Positions 1-15,554 of a stretch of DNA of 64,000 bases are shown piece after piece. The DNA lies in NCBI RefSeq assembly GCF_009914755.1, contig NC_060928.1; one strand, given 5' to 3'. A program made the position numbers and the translations under genes. Under the pieces are notes generated by a model that saw nothing but the letters and a program-made list of their open reading frames with translations, was not told the origin of the DNA and did not search any database. Every line of letters starts with the position of its first letter. Positions within the stretch are counted from its first letter, which is position 1. Source of the stretch: the human T2T-CHM13v2.0 reference genome, Homo sapiens.

Positions 1-1327
1 CCTCATCATCACCTCGCATGTGCTATGGTTTACTTATCTTGTCTATTATATGTCGATTCCCCTTTAAAACATAAGCTTCTGGCAACCGAATTTGTTTAAC
101 AGCTATAAACCCAGTACTAAAATAGTTCATGGTGCTCAGTAAATATTTAATGCACAAATGGCTGAATAAGGGGATGGAAGTCAAAAGAATTGCATTACAG
201 TGTGATACTCATCAACATACAGTTGTGCAGTGCCCTCTAAGCACCAGGGACTTGCTAGCCACTGAGGACGTACCTGAGACAAAGACTGTTTGGCATCCTT
301 CTATAATCTAGTTGGGGATGGAGGTAGGGTGGCAAAACTGTCCCAAAAAATCAGGAAGTATAGGATGCATATGGTTATCCATGATACGAGCTTGTAATCC
401 AGACATGAAGGCCTGTAAAAGATGTCTCAGATTTGGAGTGTCTAAACTGTCACCTGAAGGTTAAGGAAAAACAACTGGATGAGGGAGGTGGGGCAGTGGG
501 AGAGCTGAAAAGTCACCAGATCTGTTAAGCTGCGGTCAGACCTAAGGGAGGATGTGGCTGAGAAGCTGACTTTTGATGAACTCCTGTCTTTACTCTGATG
601 AAATAAACAAGGAAGCCTAGAATGAAGGGCAGGCAGCCCAAGTGAATTAAAAGCATTTTGAGGCATCTTGCCAAGTTCTATTTACTCTTATTTCATTAAA
701 AATACAGAAAGAGTAGTAAATACAAGATTCAGCCTTGCTCGGTTTCAGGATGTGGGAGGAGAAATCATGCAGCTGTCTTACATGAATCTGCTAGAAAGAA
801 GCAGGTCACAGGTGTGATCTGTGTGGCATCAACGAGCATGCTTTTCTGTTGTTTTTGACATTCAGCATTTATCTATTCTTCTTTTCGTGATGGTATCCTG
901 ACTTGAGGAGGCACAAAACATATTGAGGAGACAAAGACCTCCCTAAAAAAAAAAAAAAAAAAAAAAAGACCTCCCTAAAAAAAAAACAGGTTAACCCTGA
1001 GCTTCCTGGTGACACTCAAAGCCTTCTGACCAGAAGAAGTGTGAAGAAAAGGGGAGAACAATCCCTGGACCAACCAATGCCCACACGTTGCTGCATCCCA
1101 CGCCCAGTGCCCATGTCCCACTGCCGTTGCCAGCATGCCCAAGAGAACAGCTGAAGGGGATGCTATAGTAGATAAGGCCAAGGTGAAGCATGAACCACAT
1201 AGTAGATCTGCAAGTTGTCTGCTAACCCTGCCCCTCCAAAGCCAGAGCCGAAGCCTAAAAAGACCCCTGCAAAGAAGGGAGAGAAAGTAACCAAAGGGAA
1301 AAGTTGACGCTGGCAAGGAGCGGATAA

Positions 1328-1760
<433 letters not shown>

Positions 1761-1940
1761 CTACCTTTTTTTTTTTAATCAAGTTTTATAAAAATCAGAA
1801 TTTTGTTTTACTCTTTTTAAAGCTATGTTGTTAGCACACAGAACACTTTATTGTTTTTTTGGGGAAGGGGCATACGTCACTAATAGAATGTCTCTGAAGC
1901 TGGATTGATGTGGGGAAAACACTTTTCCCTTCTAGTTTTT

Positions 1941-2078
1941 AATTTTTTTTTTATTTTTAGTAGAGATGGAATTTCACCATGTTGGCCAGGCTGGTCTCGA
2001 ACTCCTGACCTCAAGTGATCTGCCCATCTCGGCCTCCTCAAGTGTTGAGATTACAGGCATAAGCCACCATGCTCAGCC
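1941..2078 (-). mobile_element. Alu left monomer only
   Basis: T-rich tract then tagagatgg..ctcagcc; flanked by cccttctagtttt / cccttgtagtttt. Confidence 0.85.
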
Positions 2079-2638
2079 CCCTTGTAGTTTTGAAAGACTT
2101 CCTCTTGGCTCCCAGGAGGAGGGATTCCCTGACTTTGACCACATGGTCACCTTGGCACAAAAGCTTTGTGGTATGGAAAAACAAATTCATTCATTTTTAA
2201 ATCCTCTTCTTCCTTTCTACCTTTCAGCACAGACTTAACTCCCTTAAATCCAGACACCTGTTGGGACCTGACCCCCAATAATTGGTTACCAGTGTGTTAG
2301 GCAATCTGGACTTTCCAGTGATGCCACTGAGATGCTGCCCCTCCAAAGAGCAGCGGTTCCGATTCTAGACTGTGGATCTTCAGATAACCCTGACTTTCAG
2401 GAAGTGAAATAAAAATGGCAGAATTTAAAGTTGTTAAACAATGCGCTAAATGTGAAATGTCAACCCTCACTCTAAACTTTCCCTGTTTAGAGCATCAGTC
2501 GAAAGCTTCATGGGTTTTAGAGTGGCTTTCTGATTTTTGGTAGTCCATGGAAGAAGAGAGTTTGAAAGTTGTTGTATACTGTTAATGATTGTCTGCCCAT
2601 GTCCTGCTGAAATACCATGAGTGTTGATGGACAGTATC

Positions 2639-2953
<315 letters not shown>

Positions 2954-3992
2954 GATGGACAGTATCTTTAATAAAACTGAATACAGTTTGGCTTGGGGAA
3001 AAAAAAGCCCTCCTGACAGCTGCCACAGACCCGTACCCAAGAGCATGTTTCCAGAAGTTCCCACTATGGGGCATAAATCCCCTTTGAGAACAGACTGAGT
3101 CTGTCAACTGTAAGCCTTTATTTTCACATTTACAATATGAAAATCATCACATGTTTACATGATGGCAGTGTTGTGAGGGTACAGTTCACAAAGGACCTGA
3201 CACTCAACGATGTTAGCAATTATTGTTGAAAGAAAAAAAAAAACAAGAATTATGTATGAATTCCAGCATCTCCCTTTTCTCCCTTCAACATTGTGCCTTA
3301 TTTCTCAGCAAATGAGCCAACAGATGCTTGTTGATAGATGGTTTTAGCCGGTGAATCCGATGAAGACCTTGGATCTGTTGGTGAATGTCCAGCCTGTTGT
3401 CACTGAGTTTGAACTGTGGGAGAAGGAGCTGCTTATTCTGCAGGCGTTGCTTGAGTGCCAACCACATACTGGGCATGGTTCTGGTGCTAGGGACAGAGAA
3501 CTTGGTATTTCTGGTGAACAAAGGCAGGCAACGGCCCTGTTGGCATGGAGCTGCCCTTCTAGTGGGGGAACTGAAGAGAGGAGGCTCCCCCATTTCTAGA
3601 AGCTTTCCCAGGGAAATTGGCTGCTTTTTGCTTGACATGTACACTCACATGTTCTTGCAGCAAGCCTGAGCCACAGGGAGTTACATGAGATGCTCAGGCT
3701 CAAAGAGCTAGTGGGGGTGGAGAGCTGGTATTGGAGTCTGGGCTCTGGTGGTTTGGGAGAGGACATATGGCCTGGAAGGAGCCACGTATACACAGTGAAG
3801 CAGAAAGAACAGAATTTCTCTCTCTCTATATATATATGTATATATATGTTTACAATATCAAATAATATTTTTTAATCATTTTTAAAGCTAACAAAGATTA
3901 GGGGAAAAAAAGGCAAGATACTACCAAAATGTTAGTGGTAGTTGGGCTACGAGTGGGAGCATTTTTCTTCTTTGCTCTATTTCCACTTTTAA

Positions 3993-4325
<333 letters not shown>

Positions 4326-4547
4326 TGATTTTAAAATGACTAATGAAGTTGACCAAAGAAAGAAGAACATGTGTGCTTTTTATTCTAGAACCAATGTTTC
4401 TACTAACCAGCTGTGTGGCCTGGAGATAGTCATGCCTCTTGTCCCCAGGTGTCCCCAAATCTGTTGTTCTCCCCGCCGTTCTGTTTATATGCTGTTCCCT
4501 CCTTTTTGCAAACCTTGCTTGCCCTTCAACAGCCTGCTGTGGTGTCA

Positions 4548-4914
<367 letters not shown>

Positions 4915-7721
4915 CTACATCACCACTGCAATATTAATGCTTATTTGTTGACTACTTGCTAGGGGCCAGACATTCAGCTCTGTTCCCTATACACATTACC
5001 TGATTCAACTCTCAAAAGAATTCAATGACGGCCACAGATATTTTTCAGCCTGTTCGACAGATGAGAAACTTGTCCTTCAGAGAAGCTTTACTATTTGCCC
5101 AAATAGCAAAGCCCACCCAGGTCTACCTGACCACCAAGTGCTCTTAAGTGCTGGGCTATACAGGGATTCCTCAAGGCTAGTTTATTTCTGTGCCCTCAAT
5201 ACTTAACACAGTACCTGGCCCATGGTGGGTCCTTAATATTTGTTGAATAAATGAATATCAGAATATGCCATTTTTCAAGCCTCAGTGCAGTGTAACTATG
5301 CACAAATAAGTCTGCAATAATGATATTACCATATGTTGAGTGTCTAGCGTGTTCTAGGTGTGTACATTACCAATTAATCCGCACTTCAAGCTGATGAGTA
5401 GACATTGCACTGCACCTATTTTACAGATGAGAAAATAGAAATTAAAAAATATTGGTAACTTGCCCCAAATCATACTACAGCAACAGGGTGTGGTAGGAGG
5501 ATCTGGGTAGTTCCTTGTGCATTATCTTCTTCCCCCCAAATATACCACAGTGTTAGACGTTTGTAGCCAAGCTTCTTGCCTGCAGAAAGATAAAATGCAA
5601 AATGAGAATATTCACAAACCAAGTGATGTAGCAGAAGTAAGGGGCTATAGGGTTCCTTTAGGTTTTATTTTCTCAAGTGTTTATTACATTTCACAGAAAG
5701 AGAAACTAACATCTGAAGGTGCCAAATCCCTGGTGATTAATAATCAGAAAGGAAGACAAAACAAACTTGAAACTGTAACTGTGTGAGTGTGGAAAAACCC
5801 ACATTCTCAGCTACCGTCAGTGAGAGGGCCAACTGGTACCAGCCTTTGGCTGGCAATATCTTTCCAAATTATAAGTGCTTGTGTCTTTTGACCCAGGAAG
5901 TCCACTTTTAGGAGTGTATGTACTTGGACACCTAAAAAATATGCTGCCACAAGAACATTTGTTGTAGCATTCTGTGCTCATTTATACAGGTCTAGTTAAG
6001 TAAACTCTAGCATACTATACAGTAGAATTCTAGGGGTCATCTAAAAGAATTGGGTAAGCAACCTGTGCTGGTGTTTAATGTCTTCAACATACATTAGTAT
6101 GTGAGGAAAGCCAGGTACACAACAGGATATGTCCTATGCTATAATTTTTATGAAACAATGAAGGTCTCTCTCTCTCTCTCTCTCTCTCTGTATGCTGCTT
6201 GTTCATTAAAATGGGAAGAGGGGAGTTCAGGGAAGAAGAAAGAATTGTTTTCTGAATCTAGCCCTTTGATCTATTTGACATTTATTCCACGTGTGTTTAT
6301 CATATTTATTGTCAGAAACAAATAGCCTTTTCAAAGGGGTGTGTTTTGTGGCAGGACTCAGATGTTTCATTTCACAAGCTGGAAAACTATAATTCCTAAT
6401 GGTTCAGTTTCATAAACAGCAGGTGGCAAACCTTCTTGCATGGTAACTGATTTTGAACCTTGCACTATAAGGATCATGAAAGAAAGTACATGCCCAGAAC
6501 AAGAGAGCAGAAGAAAGGAGGGAACACAGCAAGGTCAGAAATTAACAGAAATGAATCCAGAGGCAAAACCCACATTTCTCAGTCATTCACTAACTGGTTT
6601 GTTCAACCAGCATTTATAGACATCAGATTGATCCCAGGGTACTAAGAGAATAAATTTCAATTGCTGCCAACCTAGCCTTGTGCAAACTCCTGGTCTCCTG
6701 AGGAGGGGACACCCAGAAGAAATTCTCAGAGTGTGCATTCCTGGGCTAGGGGGTCCAGACCAGAGCCTCTGAGATGGGTATTGTCTCAGGAGATCTGTTG
6801 GCATCTATGTTATTCAGCGAGAAGAGTGTACAACAATTTGCAGATCGAACCTAGCTTGGGAGCTGAGTGGGGTTAGAAAAGGCTTCCTGAGGATGTCTCA
6901 TTGAAGCTGAAACATGAAGGGTCAGTAGGAGTCAGCAGGGTGAGGGCATGGCATCTGTGAAGTCCCAGAGGCAGAGGAGAGCTTGGGCTGGTTGGGGACA
7001 GAGAGAAGGCCAGCAGGAGTGGAGAAGCATAGGAGTTGTTGGGGACAGAGGTGCGCACGCACCATGGAGGCTGGAGAAGCAGACGTGGGCCAACAGACAG
7101 GCTGCTTGTCATGACCAGAGCAAGAGGGGAGGGAGTCAGAATTATGTTGTAAAAGTTATATCTTTGAAAGGGGTGACTTGGAAAAAAAACCCCACCAACC
7201 TGACTGTGGTATAGACAATACATGGAGGAAGGCGGAAAGAGTGGAATTGGGAGAATGGTGGGGAAGCTCTTCCTGGGTGAGAAAGGAGGTGAACTTTCTC
7301 TTGGACTAAGTTAGTGGCACTGGAGATGAAGAAATGGATATTTAATGAATAATTTGCAGGCAGTAGGAACTGTCGTTCATGTGGATATGTGGAACGAGGG
7401 AGAGGCAAGAGTCAAAGACTGGGAAAATTCTAGCTTGAGTAACTGCAGGAGATGTTGGTTCTTTTCACTGAAATGCAAAAGACCAGAAGAGGAGCTGGTT
7501 TGACAGAGAAAGATTAACAGTTTAGTTTTGGACAGAATGAGTCTGCATTGCCTATGAAAGCACTCAAATGCAAATGTTGTCTTTTCTAACAACTCTTTGG
7601 TCCCTTCAGGACCTCCCAGCCATGAGCTCTCTCATCTTTTCGTGATCTCTCACCCTTCTTTTGCCCCCGCTTCAGTTTCTGTGGGACTTAGATGTTATGG
7701 ACCATTATTAAAATCCCATCC

Positions 7722-8030
7722 TTGAGGAGAGTGGATGGCCTGAATCCAGGAGTTTGAAATCAGCCTGGGCAACATGGCGAAACCCCATCTCTACAAAAAA
7801 AATCCAATAAGTTGTGGTAGTGCACATCTGCAGCCCCAGCTACTCAGGAGACTGAGGCAGGAGGATCGCTTGAGCCCAGGAGGTTAAGGCTGCAGTGAGC
7901 CACGGGCTCAGCACTGCATCCAGAGCCTGGGTGACAGAGCAAGAGCCTGTCTCAAACAAAACAAAACAAAACAAAAACAAACAAACAAAAACCAAAAACA
8001 AAACAACCCATAAAAACCAAAAACAAAACC
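7722..8030 (+). mobile_element. Alu (AluJ-like, 5' truncated)
   Basis: Diverged Alu dimer with (caaaa)n tail. Confidence 0.8.
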
Positions 8031-8087
8031 CATTCTTGCTTAAAGTTTCTACTTCCCTGACGTTTTTTTCTCCGTTATATTTACTGG

Positions 8088-8480
8088 TGTTAGGGGCTGA
8101 ATGGTGTACACCCCAAATTCATATGTTGAAATCCTAACCCTCAGTACCTTAGAATGTGGCTGTATTTGAAGATAGGGTAATAGCTTCAAAAAGGTAATTA
8201 AGTTAAAATGGGGTAATTAAAGTGAGCTCAAATTCACTATGACTGGTGTTCTTATAAAAACAGGAAAATTGGACACAGAGGAGTTCACCGGGAAGACCAC
8301 GTGCAGACAGAGTGAGAAGACAGCCACTTACAAGCCAAGGAGAGAGGCCTCAGAAGAAATCAGCCTGGTGACGCCTTGATCTTGAACTTCTAGCCTCCAG
8401 ACCTGTGAGTCAATACATTTCTGTTGCTTAAGCCACCCCGTTGTGGCACTTTGTTATGGCAACCCTAGAACACAAATACA
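8088..8480 (+). mobile_element. MaLR LTR (MLT1-like)
   Basis: ggctgaatggtgtacaccccaaattcatatgttgaaatcctaacc.. ending ttgttatggcaaccctagaacac. Confidence 0.7.
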
Positions 8481-8863
8481 CACAGCAAACCCCAACCCTG
8501 TCAAATCCAACTCTGCTCACTTTCACCCTTCTGTTTAAACAGTGGGGAGTGGCTGGGCAAAAGAACGCAACCTACTAACCGACCTTTTAAAAAATTCCTG
8601 ACCACTTGATGATACCCTGAGAACCCACAGTCCATTTGCTCTCCTGGTCTCCTTCCAGGTCTACCAGCACCCCACCAACTCTCAGAAGATGACCTTTTCT
8701 TCTCATTTCACTGAGAAGCAGCAGAAAAGTACATCCACATCATCATCACCAAATCCATGAACCTCCCAACCCCCAAAGCTGTGTTTTCCATCTTTCTTCT
8801 GTGAGGTGGTGGAGCTCCTACCCACACTCTCACCTGTGCTTCGGATACCTCTCACCAATATAT

Positions 8864-9033
8864 GAGTCCAGGAGTTCAAGACCAGCTTGGGCAACATGGT
8901 GAAACCCTGCCTCTACAAAAATAAATAAATAAATAACTGCAAAAAATTAACCAGGCCCATGGTGGTGCGTGCCTGTAGTCCCAGCTACTCGGGAGACTGA
9001 GGCAGGATGATCGCTTGAGCTCAGCAGGTCAAG
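8864..9033 (+). mobile_element. Alu fragment
   Basis: ccaggagttcaagaccagc..gcctgtagtcccagctactcgggag.. Confidence 0.75.
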
Positions 9034-10050
9034 GGAAATTACTGGAGCAATTGCCAATTGTCGCCTGCCTACTGGGTCATCCCAGCATCCTACAAACATA
9101 CTGTGATAATCTCAACTTAGAACAAAATATTCTCTCCTGACTGCCCAGCATCCTCTAGCTATGGCTTTATTTCTCGATTTCATTTTACAGAAAAGCTCTC
9201 CACACACACGCAAACCCCAGCTAACTTACTGATATCACTTATCTTCTCACATACTCTCCTAAACCTGCTGTGGGTGGGCTTTGTCCTCATCTTTCCTCTA
9301 AAATGATTCCTCTTGTCACTATCATCAATAACTTTCAGGGCACCCTTCCTCTTGTCTCAGGGATCATCCTTCCCAGTTCTCTTTGCTGAAGCTCCCTCAT
9401 CTTTCTGGCCTCTGTCACAGGAGTAGCCCATGGCTGAGACTCTGAAACTCTTCTGTTTCTGCACACACTCTTCACATGATCTTATATATACACTCTTGGC
9501 TTTAAGAACTGTCCATATCTAAGGTCTCCCTTATTAGTGTCTCCAGCATTAATCCCTTGCCCAAACTCCAGAAGCTTATACCCAAGTGGCTCCTTGATGC
9601 CTCCTGTTGGGGGTCTAATAGACATCTCAAACTTAGCACATCAAAAACCAAATTCTTGATTCATGCCTCTTCCCAAGACCAAATCTACTTCACCTCCCGT
9701 TTTCCCATCACTGTAGATTGCAGTGCTTTCCTTCCTTTGGTCAGTTACACAAATAAAAAATCTTGGCATCATCTTTGACTCATCTCTTTCTTGCAAATGC
9801 TACATCCAATTCATCAGCAAATCCTGCTGCTGCTACCTTCAAACTCTATTCAGAATCCATCTTTTTTTTTCTTTGCCACCTTCATTACTGCTACTACAGC
9901 CATTGTAACTGTTCTCCATCCTTATCCTCCTACAATTTATTCTTAATACCAAAGCCAGATTGATCCTTTAAAATAATATGCCAGATCAAGTCATTTGGTG
10001 ACTTGTATGGGTAAAAATAAAATGCACACGAATGGGTTAAAAATAAAATC

Positions 10051-11430
10051 CAAAAACAGGCACATAGACCAATGAAACAGAATAGAGATCTCAGAAATAA
10101 GACTCACATCTACAATCATCTGATCTTTGACAGACCTGACAAAAACAAGCAATGGGGAAAGGATTCCCTATTTAATAAATGGTGCTGGGAAAACTGGCTA
10201 GCTATACGCAGAAAATTGAAACTGGATCCCTTCCTTACACCTTTTTCAAAAATTAACTCAAGATGGATTAAAGATTTAAAATGTAAAACCCAAAACTATA
10301 AAAACCCTAGAAGAAAATCTAGGCAATACCATTCAGGACATAGGCATGGGCAAAGATTTCATAATGAAAATGTCAAAAGCAATTCCAACAAAAGCGAAAA
10401 TGACAAATGGGATCTAATTAAACTCAGGAACTTCTGCACACCGAAAGAAACTATAATCAGGGTGAACAGACAACCTACAGCATGGGAGAACATTTTCAAA
10501 ATCTATCCATCTGACAAAGGTCTAATATCCAGAATCTACAAGGAACTTAAACTAATTTATAAGAAATAAACAACCCCATTAAAAAGTGGGCAAAGGACAT
10601 GAACAGATATTTCTCAAAAGAAGACATTTATATAGCCAACAAACATATGAAAAAAAGCTCAACATCATTGATCATTAGAAAAATGCAAACCAAAACCACA
10701 ATGAAATATCATCTCATGCCAGTCAGAATGGTGATCATTAAAAAGTCAATAAACAACAGATGCTGGTGAGGTTGTGGAGAAATAGGAACACTTACACTGT
10801 TGATGGGAGTGTAAATTAGTTCAACCATTGTGGAAGACAGTATGGGGATTCCTCAAAGATCTAGAACCAGAAATACCATTTGACCCAGCAATCTCATTAC
10901 TGGGTATATACCCAAAGGAATATAAATCATTCTGTTATAAAGATACATGCATGCATATGTTCATTGTAGCACTATTCACAATAGCAATGACATGGAATCA
11001 ACCCAAATGCCCATCAATGACAGACTGGATAAAGACAATGTGGTACATATACACCAGGGAATACTGTGCAGCCACAAAAAGGAACGAGATCATGTCCTTT
11101 GCAGGGACATGGATGGAGCTGGAAGCCATTATCCTCAGCAAACTAACACAGGAACAGAAAACCAAGCACTGCATGTTCTCACTTATAAGTGGGAGCTGAA
11201 CAATGAACACAGGGAGGGGAACAACACACACTGGGGCCTGTTGGGGAGAGTGGAGGGAGGGAGAGCATCAGAAAGAATAGCTAAAACATGAGGGGCTTAA
11301 TACCTAAGCAATGGATTGATAGGTGCAGCAAACCACCATGGCACACATTTACCTATGTAACAACTCTGCACGTCCTGTACATGTATCCCAGAACTTAAAA
11401 CAAAATAAAAAAGATAAAAAATAAATAAAA
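10051..11430 (+). mobile_element. 5'-truncated L1PA (3' ORF2 + 3'UTR + A tail) about 1.1 kb upstream of the CD38 start codon
   Basis: ORFs 10072-10569 and 10828-11199 translate to the L1 ORF2p C-terminus ([17 protein letters not shown].., EIPFDPAI.LLGIYP); L1 3'UTR and A-rich tail follow. Confidence 0.93.
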
Positions 11431-12206
11431 CACACAGTCCAAAAAGTCATCCTGTCTTACAGAGCTATGGGTGATCTGGTCTCCTGCTACTTTCCGAACT
11501 TCTGTTCTGTTTCCCTCAACCCTCTAGCCTAACTACAATTGGCCTCCTTGCTGCTCTGGAACAGGCCAAGAGCTTTTCTGCCTCAGAGTCTTTGCACCTG
11601 CCATTTCCTCTGCTTGGGAAATGTTTGCCCCAAGGGAGTTGGGTGACTTGATCGCTCACATTACTTAGGTCTCTGCTTGAATGTCACAGATGTTCTCTTA
11701 ATAAAGAAGAGGCAAGAAAAGCCACTTTATTATTTATTAAACTCCCGCATAGAGTGCAGTATTATTACTGTGTGCCAGACCCTGCTTCAAACACATTCCA
11801 TGGACTATAAAATTGCATCTCTGAGCAGCTCCTAGAGCTGGTAGTAACAACTTACATTTACTGGGTGATTACCATGTGCCAGGTATTGTGCTAAACACGT
11901 TGTAGATATTAACTCACTTAATCCTCGTAACAATCCCATGAAGTAGGTACTGCTACTATCCCGGCTTTACATCTGAAGTACAGAGAGGTTAAGTAACTTG
12001 CCCCATGTCATCCAGCAAGAACTAAATTTGAACCCAGAGCTTAGCCACTGATGCCTCTTGAGAGAAGGAGTCAGACTTAAGTTGAGTCTTTAAAGGTGGT
12101 TGACCAGGCATTTGTCAGAGTTAAGAAAGAGAGGTAGGACATCCTTTTCCAGGCAGAGGGCATTGTGTGCACACACGTATAGAAGCAGGCAGCCCACCCT
12201 CATGCT

Positions 12207-12215
12207 TTCCAGGAA
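12207..12215. promoter_or_regulatory. GAS (STAT) consensus TTCCAGGAA in CD38 promoter
   Basis: Exact TTC-N3-GAA about 360 bp upstream of the ATG; motif match only. Confidence 0.5.
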
Positions 12216-12445
12216 GCAAATGTGGCTCAGGTGTAAAGTGCCCGGTTGATGAAGGGAGTTAGCGGAGGGAGTATAAGGATGTACTGTCTGCCCCCTTAGG
12301 ACACCTGCAGAGGATTAAGGTGGCTGTTTCTCCCTGGAGGTGGAGTGGGTGGGTCACTGCACAGGAGCCTATAGTTGTTGGTCTTTTAAACTCTTATTGG
12401 TGTAACCAGCCACGGAACTCTGAGGCAAGGGGTTGGGGGTGGGAA

Positions 12446-12817
<372 letters not shown>

Positions 12818-12983
12818 TAAGGCGCACCGGTGGGCACTGCGGGGACAGCAGGGCCCCGCGCGCAGGGAAGCCGCCCGGATCGCCCGGAACCGGGCATCTT
12901 CCGTGGCGGGTCAGCCGAGAGCCCGCCGGGTGGTGCTGAGTAGGGAGTCCCGGGCTCGGGGCTCCGCGGGCCGCTTGCAGGAG

Positions 12984-12989
12984 CAGGTG
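12984..12989. promoter_or_regulatory. CD38: Intron-1 E-box CAGGTG (position of rs6449182, G allele)
   Basis: gagCAGGTGgcc; variable base at 12987 = intron +183; the C allele would give the PvuII site CAGCTG. Confidence 0.75.
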
Positions 12990-13240
12990 GCCTTGGCACC
13001 GAGCGTGCCCGCGGGAGGCGGGGGGGGGCGCTGCTCGGTGGCTCTGCTGCGTAGCCGGTGAACACTTGGCACTGATGCCCGCCTTCTGGGCAAGGTGCCC
13101 TGAGCCCAGCCCCTCGCCGGGCTGCAGCCCACCCTCGGCGCGCTCAGCCCGCTTCACCGCTTCAGGGACGGAATAGAACTCGCAGATGCAGGGTGTCGCT
13201 GACATTTTCAACTTTTTCTGCGGTTTCCGCCCGCTGTCTC

Positions 13241-13257
13241 TGACCCGAAAGTGCCCC
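13241..13257. promoter_or_regulatory. CD38: Retinoic-acid response element (DR5) in CD38 intron 1
   Basis: TGACCC-gaaag-TGCCCC, two nuclear-receptor half-sites spaced by 5 nt; matches the known intron-1 RARE. Confidence 0.88.
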
Positions 13258-14666
13258 CGGACGGTTACAGAGGACACTTAAGTGGTTTGCAAAGCCTGTG
13301 GTAGGGGAGGAGGGTGTAGAAGGGCCAAACCACGGAACTTAGTTTTATTCATTTATATAAAGCAGCACTCCGATTCTTTTTGCGCGGCCTGAAATGCATG
13401 TGACCAGAGAAGTAATTAACAAAACAATGTCAACTTCTAAAACCGAGACATTACTTAGATGATAAGGCGCAGCAACTCGGTGAATCTGTACAAACCTTGG
13501 AAAAAAAACACATTAGTCTATGGGACCTTCCAGTTTTCTCATGCTCCTTTCCAGCTACTAACCTCTCCTAAAGGGAACAACCACTTTTTGGATTTGATTC
13601 CCAGGCCTCGCTTTCACCGGGAAATTATCGTTGCTTGTAAAACAGAAGAAGCCGGGAAGGCAGGCAGGGGGAGCTGCTACTTTACACTCTGTGCTTTGGG
13701 ATAGCAAAATCCCGCATTTAAGCAATCCGAGGAAACGAGCAAATAGACCTCCCTCGCCTCTCCGAGCACACTCAACAGTTCCGGTTGCAAAATGTTTGCC
13801 TCCTGGGCTTCCCAGCGTCCCGTTAGTTGTTCTATTTACACATAATTAGATACTTAATGGAGAGAGAAACTAGAAGTTGAGGCGTTCCTCCAGGCTGTAT
13901 TGTAAAGTATGAAGTGAAATCCAAAATGAAATGGTAATGTTAGAAAGCAACCTCATTAAAAAAAAAAAAAGTAACACTGGTCTTGAAGATCTTTCAATGT
14001 GAGTACATAAAGATCTATCTCATTTCTTTTGACAGCCCATAGTATTTCATAAACTAGATGTAACCATTTCCTATTGACAGGAAATTAGCTTGTTTCCAAT
14101 TTTTCAATCCCATTCATTCATCCAACAAGTATCTGTTGAGCACCCACTATGTTCCAGACAGTGATCTAGCTACTGATGACACAAGAGTGAATGACGAAGT
14201 TCTCACTCATGAAATTTTCACCTTAGTTGGGAGAAACATGATGCAATGAAAATCTTCATACATACATTGTGTGTACATATGGGAGTATTTCTGTAGGATA
14301 GATTTCTAGTGATGAAACTGCTGAGTAAAAGGGAGAATTATGCATATTTTAAGTTTTGATTTTTCCAAATTCCAGGTATTCCATATATACTCCAAAATAG
14401 TTGTGCCATTTTACTCTCCCATCATCAGTCTATCAGAGGGGATGCTTTCCCACAATCTCTTGAATGCTGAATATTTTCAACTTTTTTACTTAAGAGAAAA
14501 AAGAGCATCTAATTGTTCCCTCAGTATCAGTGAGTCTAAGCATCTTGTATATGTTTATTTGCCATTTATATTTTTTTCTGTGATTTTCCTGTCCAGATAC
14601 TTGATACTTTCTATTGAGCTGCTTATTTATTTCTTATGGGAGATTTTTATATATTTTAGATAATAT

Positions 14667-14722
<56 letters not shown>
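14667..14722. repeat. (TC)n(CA)n compound microsatellite
   Basis: Direct reading. Confidence 0.95.
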
Positions 14723-14727
<5 letters not shown>

Positions 14728-14981
14728 GTCTTACAGCCACATCCCTGAAATCTTGACCTTGTGAACATGTTTTACTGGCAGCACTCTGGACTCGATCATT
14801 GCCTTGAGACTATTTCTTTTTTGATATTCTTTGGAAAGACTAACAATGACAGTTTTATTTTCAAACCCAACAAATCCTGGCATGGAAATGTTTGCTCTTG
14901 ATTCTGCTTTTAAAAAAATAAAGAATTATTTTCTCTCTTTCTTTCTGCACCTTATCAGAAACAGCTAAAAGAAGTGAGTTG

Positions 14982-15275
14982 GGCCAGGCACTGTGGCTCA
15001 CACCTGTAATCCCAGCACTTTGGGAGGCCCAGGCAGGTGGATCACTTAAGGTCAGGAGTACAAGACCTGCCTGGCCAACATGCTGAAACTCCGTCTCTAC
15101 TAAAAATACAAAATTAGCCGGGTGTTGTGGCGCGTGCCTGTAATCCCAGCTACTCTGGAGACTGAGGTGGGAGAATCGCTTGAACCCAGGAGGAGGAGGT
15201 AGCACTGAACCAAGATCCAGCCTGGCCAAGAGAGTAAGACTCCGTCTCAAAACCAAACCAAACCAAACCAAAAAA
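14982..15275 (+). mobile_element. Alu (AluS-like)
   Basis: Alu dimer; TSD aaaagaagtgagttgg (14967-14982 / 15273-15288). Confidence 0.9.
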
Positions 15276-15433
15276 AGAAGTGAGTTGGCACTTTCAACAT
15301 TCTGCCTGGAAATCTCCTTACCAAACCTATAAGATCATTAGGTATATTTTCTGCACTTTGTATTGTGACAGGTGACAGTGTTACCAAACTTTTTACCAGG
15401 ACATAATAGGGTCTGCCTTTCTTCTAGTTGCTA

Positions 15434-15554
15434 ACAATTTCCCCCAAGTCCATCTTGCCTGCACTAACAGTCTCCTTTAGACCTCTCCTCTCCTGCCTGT
15501 CACACATTCCTAGTACTAATGCTACAGTATAGTAGTAAGGGTCTCCAGAGAAAC
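15434..15554 (+). repeat. 121-bp direct repeat, copy A (partner 16971-17091)
   Basis: About 8 mismatches in 121 bp by manual alignment. Confidence 0.92.

Noticed and set aside
3285-3669. Overlapping 82-119 aa ORFs as an unknown gene
   Set aside because: The DNA resembles a decayed L2 3' end; no recognisable domain or exon structure.
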